Below, piece by piece: positions 1 through 9,332 of a stretch of DNA of 64,000 nt. A model generated the notes under the pieces. It was not told the DNA's origin. It searched no databases and worked only from the letters and a program-made list of their open reading frames with translations. Numbering within the stretch: position 1 is the stretch's first letter; each line of letters starts with the position of its first letter. The stretch is from Oligoflexales bacterium (GTDB taxonomy: Bacteria > Bdellovibrionota_B > Oligoflexia > Oligoflexales > RGVZ01). Made by a program: the position numbers and the translations under genes. The stretch covers positions 13,961-77,960 of the forward strand of contig CANILH010000003.1 in assembly GCA_947468665.1 (NCBI GenBank), written 5' to 3'.

Positions 1-166
1 GATAAAATTCCTCAATGGCTTTTAGATCGTCAGCTTCAAACAAAATATGGTTACCGCGAATAGCCTCATTATAGACAACACGCCAAACCATCGGCAGTGG
101 GAGCGGCGGGATATTAGACTCAAAAAAGTTCTCGTATACGGCAGCGTTGGACGCGGATCTGCTCAT
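1..166 (-). CDS. hypothetical protein, first 55 codons only (continues past left edge)
   Basis: Minus-strand frame open from ATG at 166..164 down to base 2 (MSRSASNAAVYENFFESNIPPLPLPMVWRVVYNEAIRGNH...). GGAG lies 7 nt upstream of the ATG. Below the 60-aa cutoff of the ORF track. Confidence 0.4.
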   Translation of the reverse strand, partial: MSRSASNAAVYENFFESNIPPLPLPMVWRVVYNEAIRGNHILFEADDLKAIEEFY

Positions 167-323
167 TTGGATACTCCACTACAGCGACAGGTTAGGACGG
201 CAACTCAATTCAGCCCGCACGTTCATCGCGCGGTCAGACTGACTATTGCAATCCCAAGACCAGAGGTCCTTGGAGTTAATTAGCTGATATTACAGCACCA
301 TCCGAAGCAGGGATGTCACATTT

Positions 324-890
324 TTAGACACTTTGAGTGGTTTTGAGACAGAAATCCACGGGTAAATCATGGGGTTCCCGGGGAAGTTCGGCAGCCCCTT
401 GGCATGGAGGGAACACCGCCGCGGCGACAAAACCGAGCCGCGGCTTGAACTCAGCCAGCCAGCGGTCGTAGTACCCACCACCATATCCAAGGCGAAAAAG
501 GTCTTTATCTACGGCCAGAGCCGGAACTACGGCACAGTCTCCCGCACGCGGAAAAACTATAATGGCATCAGCCTTCGGCTCCCGGACGCCGAAGCTTCCC
601 TCGTCAAGATCATCGGTTGGGTTCCAAAGAAAAAAGTCCATCTCACCGCCGGCACGGCTGCGGGGCAGAGCCACATGAAAAGGCGCGTGACTCAAAAAAG
701 ATTTAAGATACGAAAGTAAATCTGGCTCGCCGGGCAAAGCGGCATATAAAAATAGCACGCCGCTGAAGGATCTTGCGCGAAGCCTCGCAGAGAGATCTGC
801 CGCCATCTGCCTAGACCACGTGGACGCAGTCTCGGGCTCAATTTCAGATCTGACTATCCGGTAATGCCGACGCGATTCTTGTTTTGTCAT
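324..890 (-). CDS. 5-formyltetrahydrofolate cyclo-ligase (MTHFS/YgfA family)
   Basis: 188 aa. C-terminal signature PALAVDKDLFRLGYGGGYYDRWL matches the family G-x-G-x-GYYDR motif. Size is typical. Confidence 0.85.
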   Translation of the reverse strand: MTKQESRRHYRIVRSEIEPETASTWSRQMAADLSARLRARSFSGVLFLYAALPGEPDLLSYLKSFLSHAPFHVALPRSRAGGEMDFFLWNPTDDLDEGSFGVREPKADAIIVFPRAGDCAVVPALAVDKDLFRLGYGGGYYDRWLAEFKPRLGFVAAAVFPPCQGAAELPREPHDLPVDFCLKTTQSV

Positions 891-978
891 GAGTCACCCA
901 TAAGGAAAAACCCTTAAACGGCGCGGAATTTCAACCGCACTGTCATGGGTTTTATGCGACTGTGGATGAAGCCGCAAT

Positions 979-1012
979 AAAAAACCGCCGGTGTTATTCA
1001 CCGGCGGTTTTT
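979..1012 (-). terminator. rho-independent terminator (bidirectional-looking hairpin)
   Basis: Perfect 10-bp stem accgccggtg (984-993) / caccggcggt (999-1008) with loop ttatt. Flanked by an A-run on one side and a T-run on the other. Sits 20 bp downstream of the stop of the 1033..1956 gene. Confidence 0.7.
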
Positions 1013-1032
1013 AGCTGGATAAAAGCGGGCTA

Positions 1033-1956
1033 TTACTGAACAGTAACTGACGTCGGTTGTGAGTATTCCCAGCGTCCCGACACCTCAGAGAAAGCACCCA
1101 GACGCATTTTGTATTGACCCGCGGCGACTCCATTCAATTGTGCCTGAGAGCCGGAGCTTGAGAATTTAAATTGTGGGTTGGACCAGTCATCAGATTGGTT
1201 CAGCTCAACGCGGTAGTAAGCGACGCCTTTGTCGCCAGTCCATGAAACCACGCCACCAGTTCCAGCGAGCGTTCCACCAACGGCTGGGGCCGTGAGGGCA
1301 ACGTTGCGACGAACTGGAGCTGAAACGCTGAAAGAACGAACTTCGCTGCCACCCGCGTCGGACTCAACTTTCCAGAACCATTGACCTGGCCATGGATGAT
1401 GGAAGGAGTAGCTTGCTCCAGAAACCTTCACGCGCATGACTTCAGGCTGCATACTGCTGTGACGGGAGAAAACGATCGTTCCGGGTCCACCTTCCCAAGA
1501 GAACATCGCGGAACCTTGTGTCTCATCATAAGCGAGAGACGCGCTGGCTTCAGGCGCCGTCAATGTAATCGCGCCTGCCGCTGGAGCCGCTGCTGGAGTC
1601 TCAGCCACTGGTGCTTCCACTGGCGCAGCCACTGGTGCAGCCACTGGTGCAGCCACTGGTGCTGCGTCTTCAGCTGTCGCCGCGTCATCAGCAGTTTCCT
1701 CAGATCCCTCGTCACCACTTAGAACATACCATCCAACCGCGGCGCAAAGCACCAGAACGCCGATCATGATGTAAGTACGTGATTTACCCGAGCCGCTGAA
1801 GCTTCCATCTTTAAAAATCTGGGAGACAGCGTTCGTATTCGTGCCGAAGTTGCTGGTGAACTCACCTTTCAGGTCCGCGGTAAACGGATTGCTTTGGGTG
1901 CCACTCGCGGGCTGCGAATTAAATGTACTATTAGGCTGATTTGGCGCGGAGTTCAT
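1033..1956 (-). CDS. single-pass membrane protein with Ala/Pro repeat linker and two ~90-aa Ig/FN3-like repeats
   Basis: 307 aa. N/Q/S/T-rich N-terminus, TM segment IMIGVLVLCAAVGWYVL, acidic stretch, then (A)PVAA repeats. Followed by two similar beta-rich modules (ITLTAPE...FSV and VALTAPA...VTV). No recognisable catalytic motif. Confidence 0.55.
   Translation of the reverse strand: MNSAPNQPNSTFNSQPASGTQSNPFTADLKGEFTSNFGTNTNAVSQIFKDGSFSGSGKSRTYIMIGVLVLCAAVGWYVLSGDEGSEETADDAATAEDAAPVAAPVAAPVAAPVEAPVAETPAAAPAAGAITLTAPEASASLAYDETQGSAMFSWEGGPGTIVFSRHSSMQPEVMRVKVSGASYSFHHPWPGQWFWKVESDAGGSEVRSFSVSAPVRRNVALTAPAVGGTLAGTGGVVSWTGDKGVAYYRVELNQSDDWSNPQFKFSSSGSQAQLNGVAAGQYKMRLGAFSEVSGRWEYSQPTSVTVQ
1604..1663. 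repeat. 5 x 12-bp in-frame tandem repeat (encodes APVA units)
   Basis: Units are gccactggtgct / tccactggcgca / gccactggtgca / gccactggtgca / gccactggtgct, read directly from the sequence. Confidence 0.9.
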
Positions 1957-2321
1957 AACTCTACTCTCCTAGACTTGGTTAAGCTGCTGCGGAATGCGCT
2001 TACTTCTTCACCAAGTATACGGGGTGCGAGCAGGGCAAATCAAGAAAACGAACCTAAAAATTAGCGGTTGGACTCAGACGACGCCTGGAGACGAGTTGAA
2101 ACAGGGCGCATTCAAAGCGAATTCGATCAATTTTTGGTGTTATGCGGATTCTGCAGGCGAGCGCGAGCATTTCTGATTAAAAATTAAGCAAGAACCTTGC
2201 CCCTCCCCCCAAATGCACCTAAAACACACTGTTTTCATTTGAGAACCTATACCGCTAGAGGTATCGTTCAAGGACTGCAAGGCGCATTCATCAATGTCCA
2301 AATAATTTAGAGTGACCTGTT

Positions 2322-3668
2322 TTGGCTACCAAAACGACAAAACCATCTAAGTCTGGAGCCTCCGGTAAATCCTCCCTCAAAAGGTCGGGACACCAAGGGC
2401 CATTTCGAGTCGCAGCATGCTGGCCCCACCAGGAAGCCCCGTTGCTGCTGTCTATGGCAGGAGGAACGCAGACTGTAGTTGCGACATCGTTTACGCCAAT
2501 TCCCTATGACACCGTGGCATCAAACAATATCGATACGCTAAAAGACAATTCCTGTGATCCGGCATTTGCGGCCGATCTTCCACGATGGTTTATTCTATTA
2601 CCCTACGATACCTACGCCACAGGTCCCGACCTGCCTCTAATTGAGTCCGAACGCCCCATGGCCTGGGAAATCAAGGCCGCGCTTGTTTGGGATAGCGGAT
2701 CTACCGAGCCACGCTACATCGCGCGCGATGACGCCCATACTTCGCGGTTTCATTTGACGATGAAAACACATCTGAAGGACATCCTCTCGGACGCCAAAAA
2801 ATGGCTTCCACCAGCAATTAGACCGATGACACTTCTTCCCGGCACAAGTGACGATACCTATCTGGACTCGGCTCGCGCAATCATCAACAGCATCCGCGCG
2901 GGAGATTTCTACCAGGTGACCCTTCTTCGTTTCTTTAACGCGCCCCATGCCCATGGATGGGAGAATCTCTGCGCTCTCATGGAGTCAAACTCCGGACCTC
3001 ACGGCGCGCTGTTGACTCATGGCAGCCGCGTCGTGGCTTCCCTCAGTCCGGAGCGATTTGTGGAAATAACCCCAAATGGCTCCAGTTACCAAATTGAGAC
3101 CTGGCCCATCAAGGGTACAGCGGCAAGGATATTCAGTGATGAGACGCGCGACCGGGATGCGGGCGAAGCTCTCATAGCGAGCGCCAAAGACCAAGCCGAA
3201 CTGCGGATGATAATCGACCTGATGAGGAATGACTTAGCCCGCGTTTGTCAAAACGACTCCATCGAGGTACTGAGCTCAGGAGATCTAAAAGGATTTAAAC
3301 ACGTTTGGCATTTGGAAGGTCACGTCAAAGGGCGACTTACGCCGGGGCAGACATTGGGGCAGGTTCTTGCGATTCTTTGTCCAGGAGGCTCCATTACAGG
3401 CGCCCCAAAGATCGCCGCGATGAGACGAATCCGGTCTGACGAGGGTCAGAGCCGTGGGGTTTTTATGGGGAATTTTCTCCGGATTAATCATGATGGCACC
3501 CTGCGCTCAAATATCCTGATCAGGACGTTGCAAAGCGACAATTGGATGGCATCTGCCCGCTACGCGGCTGGCAGCGGTCTTGTTGTGAAGAGTATTCCCG
3601 AACAAGAACTTCTAGAAGTCCGTGCTAAATGCGCACCCGTCGCGTTACAGGAAGGTCTCTCGCAATGA
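2322..3668 (+). CDS. chorismate-binding enzyme, aminodeoxychorismate synthase component I-like (PabB/TrpE family)
   Basis: 448 aa with TTG start in the ORF track. Motifs GDFYQVTLL, SLSPERF, WPIKGTA, AELRMIIDLMRNDL and GGSITGAPK. No glutamine amidotransferase gene is adjacent, so the exact family member is uncertain. Confidence 0.7.
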   Translation: MATKTTKPSKSGASGKSSLKRSGHQGPFRVAACWPHQEAPLLLSMAGGTQTVVATSFTPIPYDTVASNNIDTLKDNSCDPAFAADLPRWFILLPYDTYATGPDLPLIESERPMAWEIKAALVWDSGSTEPRYIARDDAHTSRFHLTMKTHLKDILSDAKKWLPPAIRPMTLLPGTSDDTYLDSARAIINSIRAGDFYQVTLLRFFNAPHAHGWENLCALMESNSGPHGALLTHGSRVVASLSPERFVEITPNGSSYQIETWPIKGTAARIFSDETRDRDAGEALIASAKDQAELRMIIDLMRNDLARVCQNDSIEVLSSGDLKGFKHVWHLEGHVKGRLTPGQTLGQVLAILCPGGSITGAPKIAAMRRIRSDEGQSRGVFMGNFLRINHDGTLRSNILIRTLQSDNWMASARYAAGSGLVVKSIPEQELLEVRAKCAPVALQEGLSQ

Positions 3669-4975
3669 TACAATTTCCTGACACTACATCCCCGGAATTT
3701 CGCACTGAACACCGCAAATATTTGCAGGCGATCTCGATCTTTGTGATCTGCCTTGCCTTCATACATGTGGGGATATTGGCTTACGCCGGGGCTTACGGAA
3801 CCCTGATGTTGAATGCCGCGGCGGCCGGAACGATCACTTTTTTTACATATATTTTTTTCAGGACAGGCCGCATAAAAACCGCGGAAGTTCTTCTGTCTCT
3901 TGGCAGCGCCATATTCATTGGAATTTATTGCTATAACTCATCGGACGTCGGCAGCCCAAACTCACTGCTAATTCTTGTCGCGCTCCAGGCTCCACTTTTC
4001 ATGCCGCACCTTAATATCGCGTGGAATGTTGTCGGAATAGTAGTCCCTGTGATTATGTTCATCTTTCTCCAACAGCCAGGGTTCCACGTTCCGGAGCAAT
4101 TACTGCTCACTCCTGAGGCGGAAACCATGATCAACGCGGGGATCATCGCTAGCTGCACGGCATTTATCGCTCTGGCGGGCGTTTTTGGGATGCGTCGATT
4201 CATCGCCATGCGAAAACAACACCAGGAACGTGAGGCGCAATTGATTCATGCGTCAAAAATGGCGAGCCTGGGCGAGATGGCAGCCGGTATCGCTCACGAG
4301 ATAAACAATCCATTAACTATCCTCGTCGGTTTTTCCTGGAAGGCGCTTCGCGCCCTGGAAAACGGCTCTAATCTTGATCGCACCGAATTAACTGAATCAA
4401 TTAGAGTTATCACGGACACAACAAAACGAATTACCGACATTGTCCGTGGAGTGGGATCATTCTCTCGCGAAAGCTCGGAAGACCCCTTGGTACCAATACG
4501 CATCAGCTCTTTAATCAAGGACGCGACACTGTTGTGTAAACCTCGATTAAAAAAGCATCGGACGACATTGATAGTCGATGAGTCTCCACTTTTCGACGCA
4601 GAGATTCTCTCAATTCCGGTGCATTTGACGCAGGTCCTGGTAAACATCATCCAAAATGCCGCGGACGCGACCAGCGATGTCACACCTGTGAGCAAACGAA
4701 CCATCCAGGTGACATTCGAATCCCCCCAGGCTGACAGCATCCAGATTAAAATCACAGATTCCGGAGATGGCATTCCCAAGGAACTTGAACAAAAAATATT
4801 TGAGCCATTTTTCACAACCAAAGATGTCGGCCTCGGCACTGGCCTTGGTTTAAGCATCTCAAAAAATATTATGGGAAAATTAGGTGGAAGCCTGACTCTC
4901 AATCAGGAATCTGGTAAAACCTGTTTTATCATCACGACGCCCCGAGACCTTTCCACGCTTACGCTGAAAATTTAA
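3665..4975 (+). CDS. membrane sensor histidine kinase (HisKA + HATPase_c)
   Basis: H-box MAAGIAHEINNPL, N-box VLVNIIQNAADA, G-boxes ITDSGDGIP and GLGTGLGLSISKNIM. About 5-6 N-terminal TM helices. ATG at 3665 overlaps the upstream stop as ATGA, so it is preferred to the 3629 start in the ORF track. No response regulator is adjacent. Confidence 0.85.
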   Translation: MIQFPDTTSPEFRTEHRKYLQAISIFVICLAFIHVGILAYAGAYGTLMLNAAAAGTITFFTYIFFRTGRIKTAEVLLSLGSAIFIGIYCYNSSDVGSPNSLLILVALQAPLFMPHLNIAWNVVGIVVPVIMFIFLQQPGFHVPEQLLLTPEAETMINAGIIASCTAFIALAGVFGMRRFIAMRKQHQEREAQLIHASKMASLGEMAAGIAHEINNPLTILVGFSWKALRALENGSNLDRTELTESIRVITDTTKRITDIVRGVGSFSRESSEDPLVPIRISSLIKDATLLCKPRLKKHRTTLIVDESPLFDAEILSIPVHLTQVLVNIIQNAADATSDVTPVSKRTIQVTFESPQADSIQIKITDSGDGIPKELEQKIFEPFFTTKDVGLGTGLGLSISKNIMGKLGGSLTLNQESGKTCFIITTPRDLSTLTLKI

Positions 4976-4985
4976 GGAACGTTCC

Positions 4986-6995
4986 ATGACCACCATCGAT
5001 CAAATCTCAAAGAGCCCCCGCGTTAAGGTTGACGCATTTGAGACAAATCTTCCTGTCCCGCCAAAAATGGATTCCAAGTACCGCCGCGCACCCACCAGGG
5101 GCTATCACCTCGATGAGAAAGACACCAAGCTCGCTCTCGCGAACGCGCTGAGATATATTCACCCGAAATTTCACAAAGATCTTCTGCCGGAATTTCTTGA
5201 TGAGCTAAAAACACGTGGCAGGATCTACGGATACCGATTCAGGCCGGAAGGCGCGATCTTGGGACGGCCCGTTTCGGAGTACAAAGGAAAATGTCTGGCA
5301 GGCAAAGCCCTGCAGGTAATGATTGATAACAACCTTGATTTTGAGATAGCCCTTTATCCCTATGAATTGGTCACATATGGTGAGACCGGTCAGGTCTGCC
5401 AGAACTGGATGCAATACCTTCTGATTAAACGCCACCTGGAAGAACTCACGGACGACACGACGCTTGTACTTTACTCCGGTCACCCGGTGGGACTTTTCAA
5501 ATCCCACGCGGCGGCACCGCGGGTCATCACCACCAACGCGCTCATGATTGGCTTGTTCGATAACCCTAAAGACTGGCACCGCGCCGCCGCTATCGGTGTC
5601 GCTAATTACGGACAGATGACTGCTGGCGGGTGGATGTATATCGGTCCTCAGGGCATTGTACATGGAACCTTCAACACCATCATGCTCGCGGGTCGCCTGA
5701 AACATGGCCTCAAACACAACGAGAACATGGGCGGCCGCTTATTTGTCTCCAGTGGTCTTGGCGGCATGAGTGGCGCCCAGGGTAAAGCCGTCGCCATCGC
5801 CGGGTGTGCTGGAATCATCGCGGAAGTTGATCCATCACGAATCGAGACAAGACTCAGCCAGGGCTGGGTCGACGTCGTAGCTAAAACCGCGAAGGAAGCT
5901 TTTGATCTCGCAAGCGACGCTATGACCAAAAAACAAGGACGAGCCATCGCATTTGAGGGCAATATTGTTGACCTGCTTCAATACGCGGTCACAAATAGCG
6001 TCAAAATCGATCTTCTTACGGACCAGACTAGCTGCCACGCTGTATATGAGGGTGGCTACTGCCCCCAAGGGCTGACCTTTGGCGAACGTACAGAAATGCT
6101 CGCCACGGACATCACAAATTTCAATCAACTGGTGGATGTGTCACTTAAAAAACACTACTCCTTGATTCACGCACTGACAGAACGCGGTACTTACTTCTTT
6201 GACTACGGAAACGCCTTCATGAAAAGCGTCTTTGACTCTGGCGTAAAAGACATCGCCAAAAACGGCATGGACACCCGGGACGGGTTTATCTGGCCGAGTT
6301 ATGTGGAAGATATTCTGGGGCCCGAGCTTTTTGATTACGGCTACGGACCATTTCGCTGGGTCTGTCTTTCTGGCGACAATAAAGATCTACAAAAGACCGA
6401 CGCAGCCGCCGCAGAGGTAATCAAGACTCTCCGCGTCAAGATGCGTTATCAGGATGAGGACAACTACAACTGGGTACGGGACGCCGAAAAAAACAAACTG
6501 GTAGTTGGCACGAAATCCCGTATTCTTTACCAGGACGCCAAAGGCCGCCGCGCTATCGCACTGAAATTTAACGACATGGTTCGCAAAGGCGATGTCGGCC
6601 CCATCATGCTGGGCCGTGATCACCATGACACCGGCGGTACGGACTCTCCATTCCGGGAAACGAGCAACATCAAAGACGGGTCAAACATCATGGCCGACAT
6701 GGCGACCAATGTTTTCGCCGGTAACGCCGCCCGCGGCATGACACTTTGCGCCCTGCACAACGGCGGAGGTGTTGGCATCGGCAAGTCCATCAACGGAGGT
6801 TTTGGAATGCTGCTGGATGGATCCACTCGCGTGGATGCGATTCTTGATACGGCGATCCCGTGGGACGTCATGGGCGGCGTCGCGCGACGGGCCTGGGCCC
6901 AAAACCCCCACTCTATTGAGACATGTATTGAGTTTAATGAAGAAAATAACGGGCGTGGTGAGTACATTACGCTGCCTTGGCCTGTCGACATCTGA
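4986..6995 (+). CDS. hutU: urocanate hydratase, long (~670 aa) form
   Basis: 669 aa with conserved urocanase blocks (GQMTAGGWMYIGPQGIVHGT, GLGGMSGAQ, GRDHHDTGGTDSP). Carries a ~100-aa N-terminal extension relative to typical ~555-aa bacterial HutU. Confidence 0.9.
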   Translation: MTTIDQISKSPRVKVDAFETNLPVPPKMDSKYRRAPTRGYHLDEKDTKLALANALRYIHPKFHKDLLPEFLDELKTRGRIYGYRFRPEGAILGRPVSEYKGKCLAGKALQVMIDNNLDFEIALYPYELVTYGETGQVCQNWMQYLLIKRHLEELTDDTTLVLYSGHPVGLFKSHAAAPRVITTNALMIGLFDNPKDWHRAAAIGVANYGQMTAGGWMYIGPQGIVHGTFNTIMLAGRLKHGLKHNENMGGRLFVSSGLGGMSGAQGKAVAIAGCAGIIAEVDPSRIETRLSQGWVDVVAKTAKEAFDLASDAMTKKQGRAIAFEGNIVDLLQYAVTNSVKIDLLTDQTSCHAVYEGGYCPQGLTFGERTEMLATDITNFNQLVDVSLKKHYSLIHALTERGTYFFDYGNAFMKSVFDSGVKDIAKNGMDTRDGFIWPSYVEDILGPELFDYGYGPFRWVCLSGDNKDLQKTDAAAAEVIKTLRVKMRYQDEDNYNWVRDAEKNKLVVGTKSRILYQDAKGRRAIALKFNDMVRKGDVGPIMLGRDHHDTGGTDSPFRETSNIKDGSNIMADMATNVFAGNAARGMTLCALHNGGGVGIGKSINGGFGMLLDGSTRVDAILDTAIPWDVMGGVARRAWAQNPHSIETCIEFNEENNGRGEYITLPWPVDI

Positions 6996-7062
6996 TTGCA
7001 CAGTTGAGCCACTATATATCCCCAAAATCGCAGGCCGTTTTTGCTGACGGCACTTTCCGCGA

Positions 7063-7857
7063 TTAATTAGCGCGATTCACACCAACTTGAGGGCTGTGTG
7101 TCACATCTATTGGCACGCCAATCATGTTTTGTTTAACCTCGAAATTACCCATGGGGGCGAATGTTCCGCTGGCGTAACATTCATCGCCGCCATCACAAAC
7201 CTCAGTCCGCGTCCCGCACTTTTGATTTTCATCGGTAACGTAAACACGAAGTGCCGCTTTATGAGTGGTAATTGACAGGACTGTCTTTAGTGACTTTCCA
7301 TCGTTCTCGTATTCAATTGGTGTGAGATTAAAAAAAGCCTCGTTTCGTTCTGAAAGGTATGAGAACCCAAGCCCGGCGGTACCATCTTGCTTCGTTAATT
7401 GTTGGGCCTTCAAGCTATCAGAGTCAGAATAATGCCCAGACATCTCGGCGCCATTCCTGATTTCAGACGCGGGATCAAAGACCACCCAAAAAACCTGAAC
7501 TGGCATTCTTTTTGTGGAGACGTCGTTCTTTTTCTGCGCCGCGAATGCGCATATTCCATCAGGATTTCTACCGACAGCCGCGTCTATTAGGATCGCATCT
7601 TTCCATCTTGAGAACGTTATCGTGAGCAGAGACTTACGCTCAGCTTGCTCGTTTACTACCGGGGCAAAAGCGGCAGCGGGGGAGTCAGATACATGGCTGA
7701 CACCAACGGGTGATTTCGCGATGCCGCACGATGTCAGCACTATTGTCGCGAGGCAAACCGCCGCGAGGGTCTTTGTCGACATCTGGTCGGCCAGGGCGCT
7801 GGCCTTTTTGAGTGTTGAAAACATTTGAGGATCCTCCTGGTAAAGTTTTTGTGGCAA
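7063..7857 (-). CDS. hypothetical lipoprotein
   Basis: 264-aa ORF with lipobox-like IVLTSCG after a hydrophobic stretch. The real start is probably an internal Met (MFSTLKK or MSTKTL). No recognisable domain. Confidence 0.5.
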   Translation of the reverse strand: MPQKLYQEDPQMFSTLKKASALADQMSTKTLAAVCLATIVLTSCGIAKSPVGVSHVSDSPAAAFAPVVNEQAERKSLLTITFSRWKDAILIDAAVGRNPDGICAFAAQKKNDVSTKRMPVQVFWVVFDPASEIRNGAEMSGHYSDSDSLKAQQLTKQDGTAGLGFSYLSERNEAFFNLTPIEYENDGKSLKTVLSITTHKAALRVYVTDENQKCGTRTEVCDGGDECYASGTFAPMGNFEVKQNMIGVPIDVTHSPQVGVNRAN

Positions 7858-7871
7858 CTGGTCGTGTTTTA

Positions 7872-9290
7872 TTAATTTGCCCCGAGATTCAGCATCTTCG
7901 AAATTTTTGCTGTAACCGCGGCGAATTCAGACGGCTCACCGTTTATCGCCGTAATTGTCAGCTGATCGTCCCTGGCTGTCGCGGTCGCGAGACGAACCGG
8001 TAGCCACGCGGCCATTTTCTTCCTGAGCGGCTCGATCGCGAACGATTTGGAAGTCGCGATGAGCTTCCAGCGGGCAGTCAAATACTCGGTCAATTCAGCA
8101 TGAATCGCGCCAGAAGCTTGTTCTTTGGCTTCGAGAGCATCCGGGATAACAATGGTAAGGCCATTGGTTGGGTCGGCTTTCAGCGTCACAGGAACTGTGA
8201 CGAATATGTTTTTATAAGTTTTCCCGTTTGTCTCAATCTGATCGAAATTGAACGTTAAGCTGATCACATCGTCCTGGAATGTCACCTCGACCGGTTTCTC
8301 GGCTGAAAAACGCATAACAACTTCGTCAGGCGATCCAATCAGATCTTCGGGTATTTCATATTCACCATGGGCTTTGACCAATGCGGTCAGTATTTCCATG
8401 TCGGATAACGTGAGGCCGGCCATATAGACTTTGGTCAGGTCTTTGACATAGTCAGGTCTGATTCTTATCGCCGCGGCCTGATTTCCAGAGGGATTAAGCT
8501 GCAGACCTTGATGCTGGTCATTGCTTGGAACATAGACATAAGCTGTTTGGTTGGTCGAATAGAATTTCATGGCATGCGGAAGTAGTCCGCTTCCAGTTGT
8601 CGCCTTATAGATCCAATCTTTCCACATGGTCGTGACCTTTTGAACCATACCCACGGTTTTTGAGTCCAAAAGATCATTTATTGTAGTTACGGCGCGCTCT
8701 GAAATTTCGCGTTCATTTTTGGGAATTTGATTAGCCAATTCCTCTTGAGCTTTACGGTAACCAATTCTTGTCTTTAACCGGCGGAAGAGTCCTTCCGCCC
8801 AGACATCAAGATTATTTACAGTCAGCTTCGTGGCCGCGTTCGTCGATGCCCCATAAGACTTAAGCCCGGAGTCATCGAGAAAGAAACACTTATTAGACGA
8901 CGTGTGGGTAAGGGCAACAGCGTCAGTCCGGACGAAAACCCGCGCGGGACCAGCGATTTGAGCGTCGATGTCACTGTGAATAATTGTATTCGCGTTAAGA
9001 CAAAACCCCAGTCCCGACTTACCCGTGCGCCATGGATTTACCAGCGCATTGCCCTTAGCGTTAATTAATGTGGAAATATCGGCGCCTCCAATACTCGTAT
9101 TCACCTGCTGCGTCGTATTGATAGGTAACGTTGTAAGTTTATTCAAAAACTGGCCAGAGATCGCCAACTCAAGATTTGGCGGAGAGTCGGTTTGCGCCTG
9201 GAGGCATACCGGCGTAATGGACAAAAGACCAAGCGTTATCGCTTTAGCCACTAAGGCCCGGTGTTTGGATGCGTTAGCTGATGAGTTCAT
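7872..9290 (-). CDS. hypothetical secreted protein
   Basis: 472 aa. Signal-peptide-like N-terminus (ALVAKAITLGLLSITPVCLQAQT). Long uninterrupted ORF 14 bp upstream of the next gene. No recognisable motif. Confidence 0.55.
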   Translation of the reverse strand: MNSSANASKHRALVAKAITLGLLSITPVCLQAQTDSPPNLELAISGQFLNKLTTLPINTTQQVNTSIGGADISTLINAKGNALVNPWRTGKSGLGFCLNANTIIHSDIDAQIAGPARVFVRTDAVALTHTSSNKCFFLDDSGLKSYGASTNAATKLTVNNLDVWAEGLFRRLKTRIGYRKAQEELANQIPKNEREISERAVTTINDLLDSKTVGMVQKVTTMWKDWIYKATTGSGLLPHAMKFYSTNQTAYVYVPSNDQHQGLQLNPSGNQAAAIRIRPDYVKDLTKVYMAGLTLSDMEILTALVKAHGEYEIPEDLIGSPDEVVMRFSAEKPVEVTFQDDVISLTFNFDQIETNGKTYKNIFVTVPVTLKADPTNGLTIVIPDALEAKEQASGAIHAELTEYLTARWKLIATSKSFAIEPLRKKMAAWLPVRLATATARDDQLTITAINGEPSEFAAVTAKISKMLNLGAN

Positions 9291-9332
9291 ATTTATAGTC
9301 TCCTTTTTTCCTTAACTTTGTTACATGCCGTC

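Noticed and set aside
47-283. 78-aa plus-strand ORF at the left edge
   Set aside because: Implausible sequence with no ribosome-binding site. It overlaps a better minus-strand gene start (ATG at 166 with GGAG 7 nt upstream).
168-980. Looked for a 6S RNA (ssrS) next to the 5-formyl-THF cyclo-ligase gene, since ssrS-ygfA linkage is classical in proteobacteria
   Set aside because: The upstream spacer (891-978) is only ~90 nt before the neighbour's terminator. The downstream spacer (168-323) is ~155 nt. I could not find the long end-to-end helix with a central bubble by eye. A covariance-model scan would be needed to decide.
1381-1722. 113-aa ORF antisense to the Ala/Pro-repeat region
   Set aside because: It is a mirror image of the tandem repeat (HWCSHWCSHWC) and lies entirely inside a better-supported gene.
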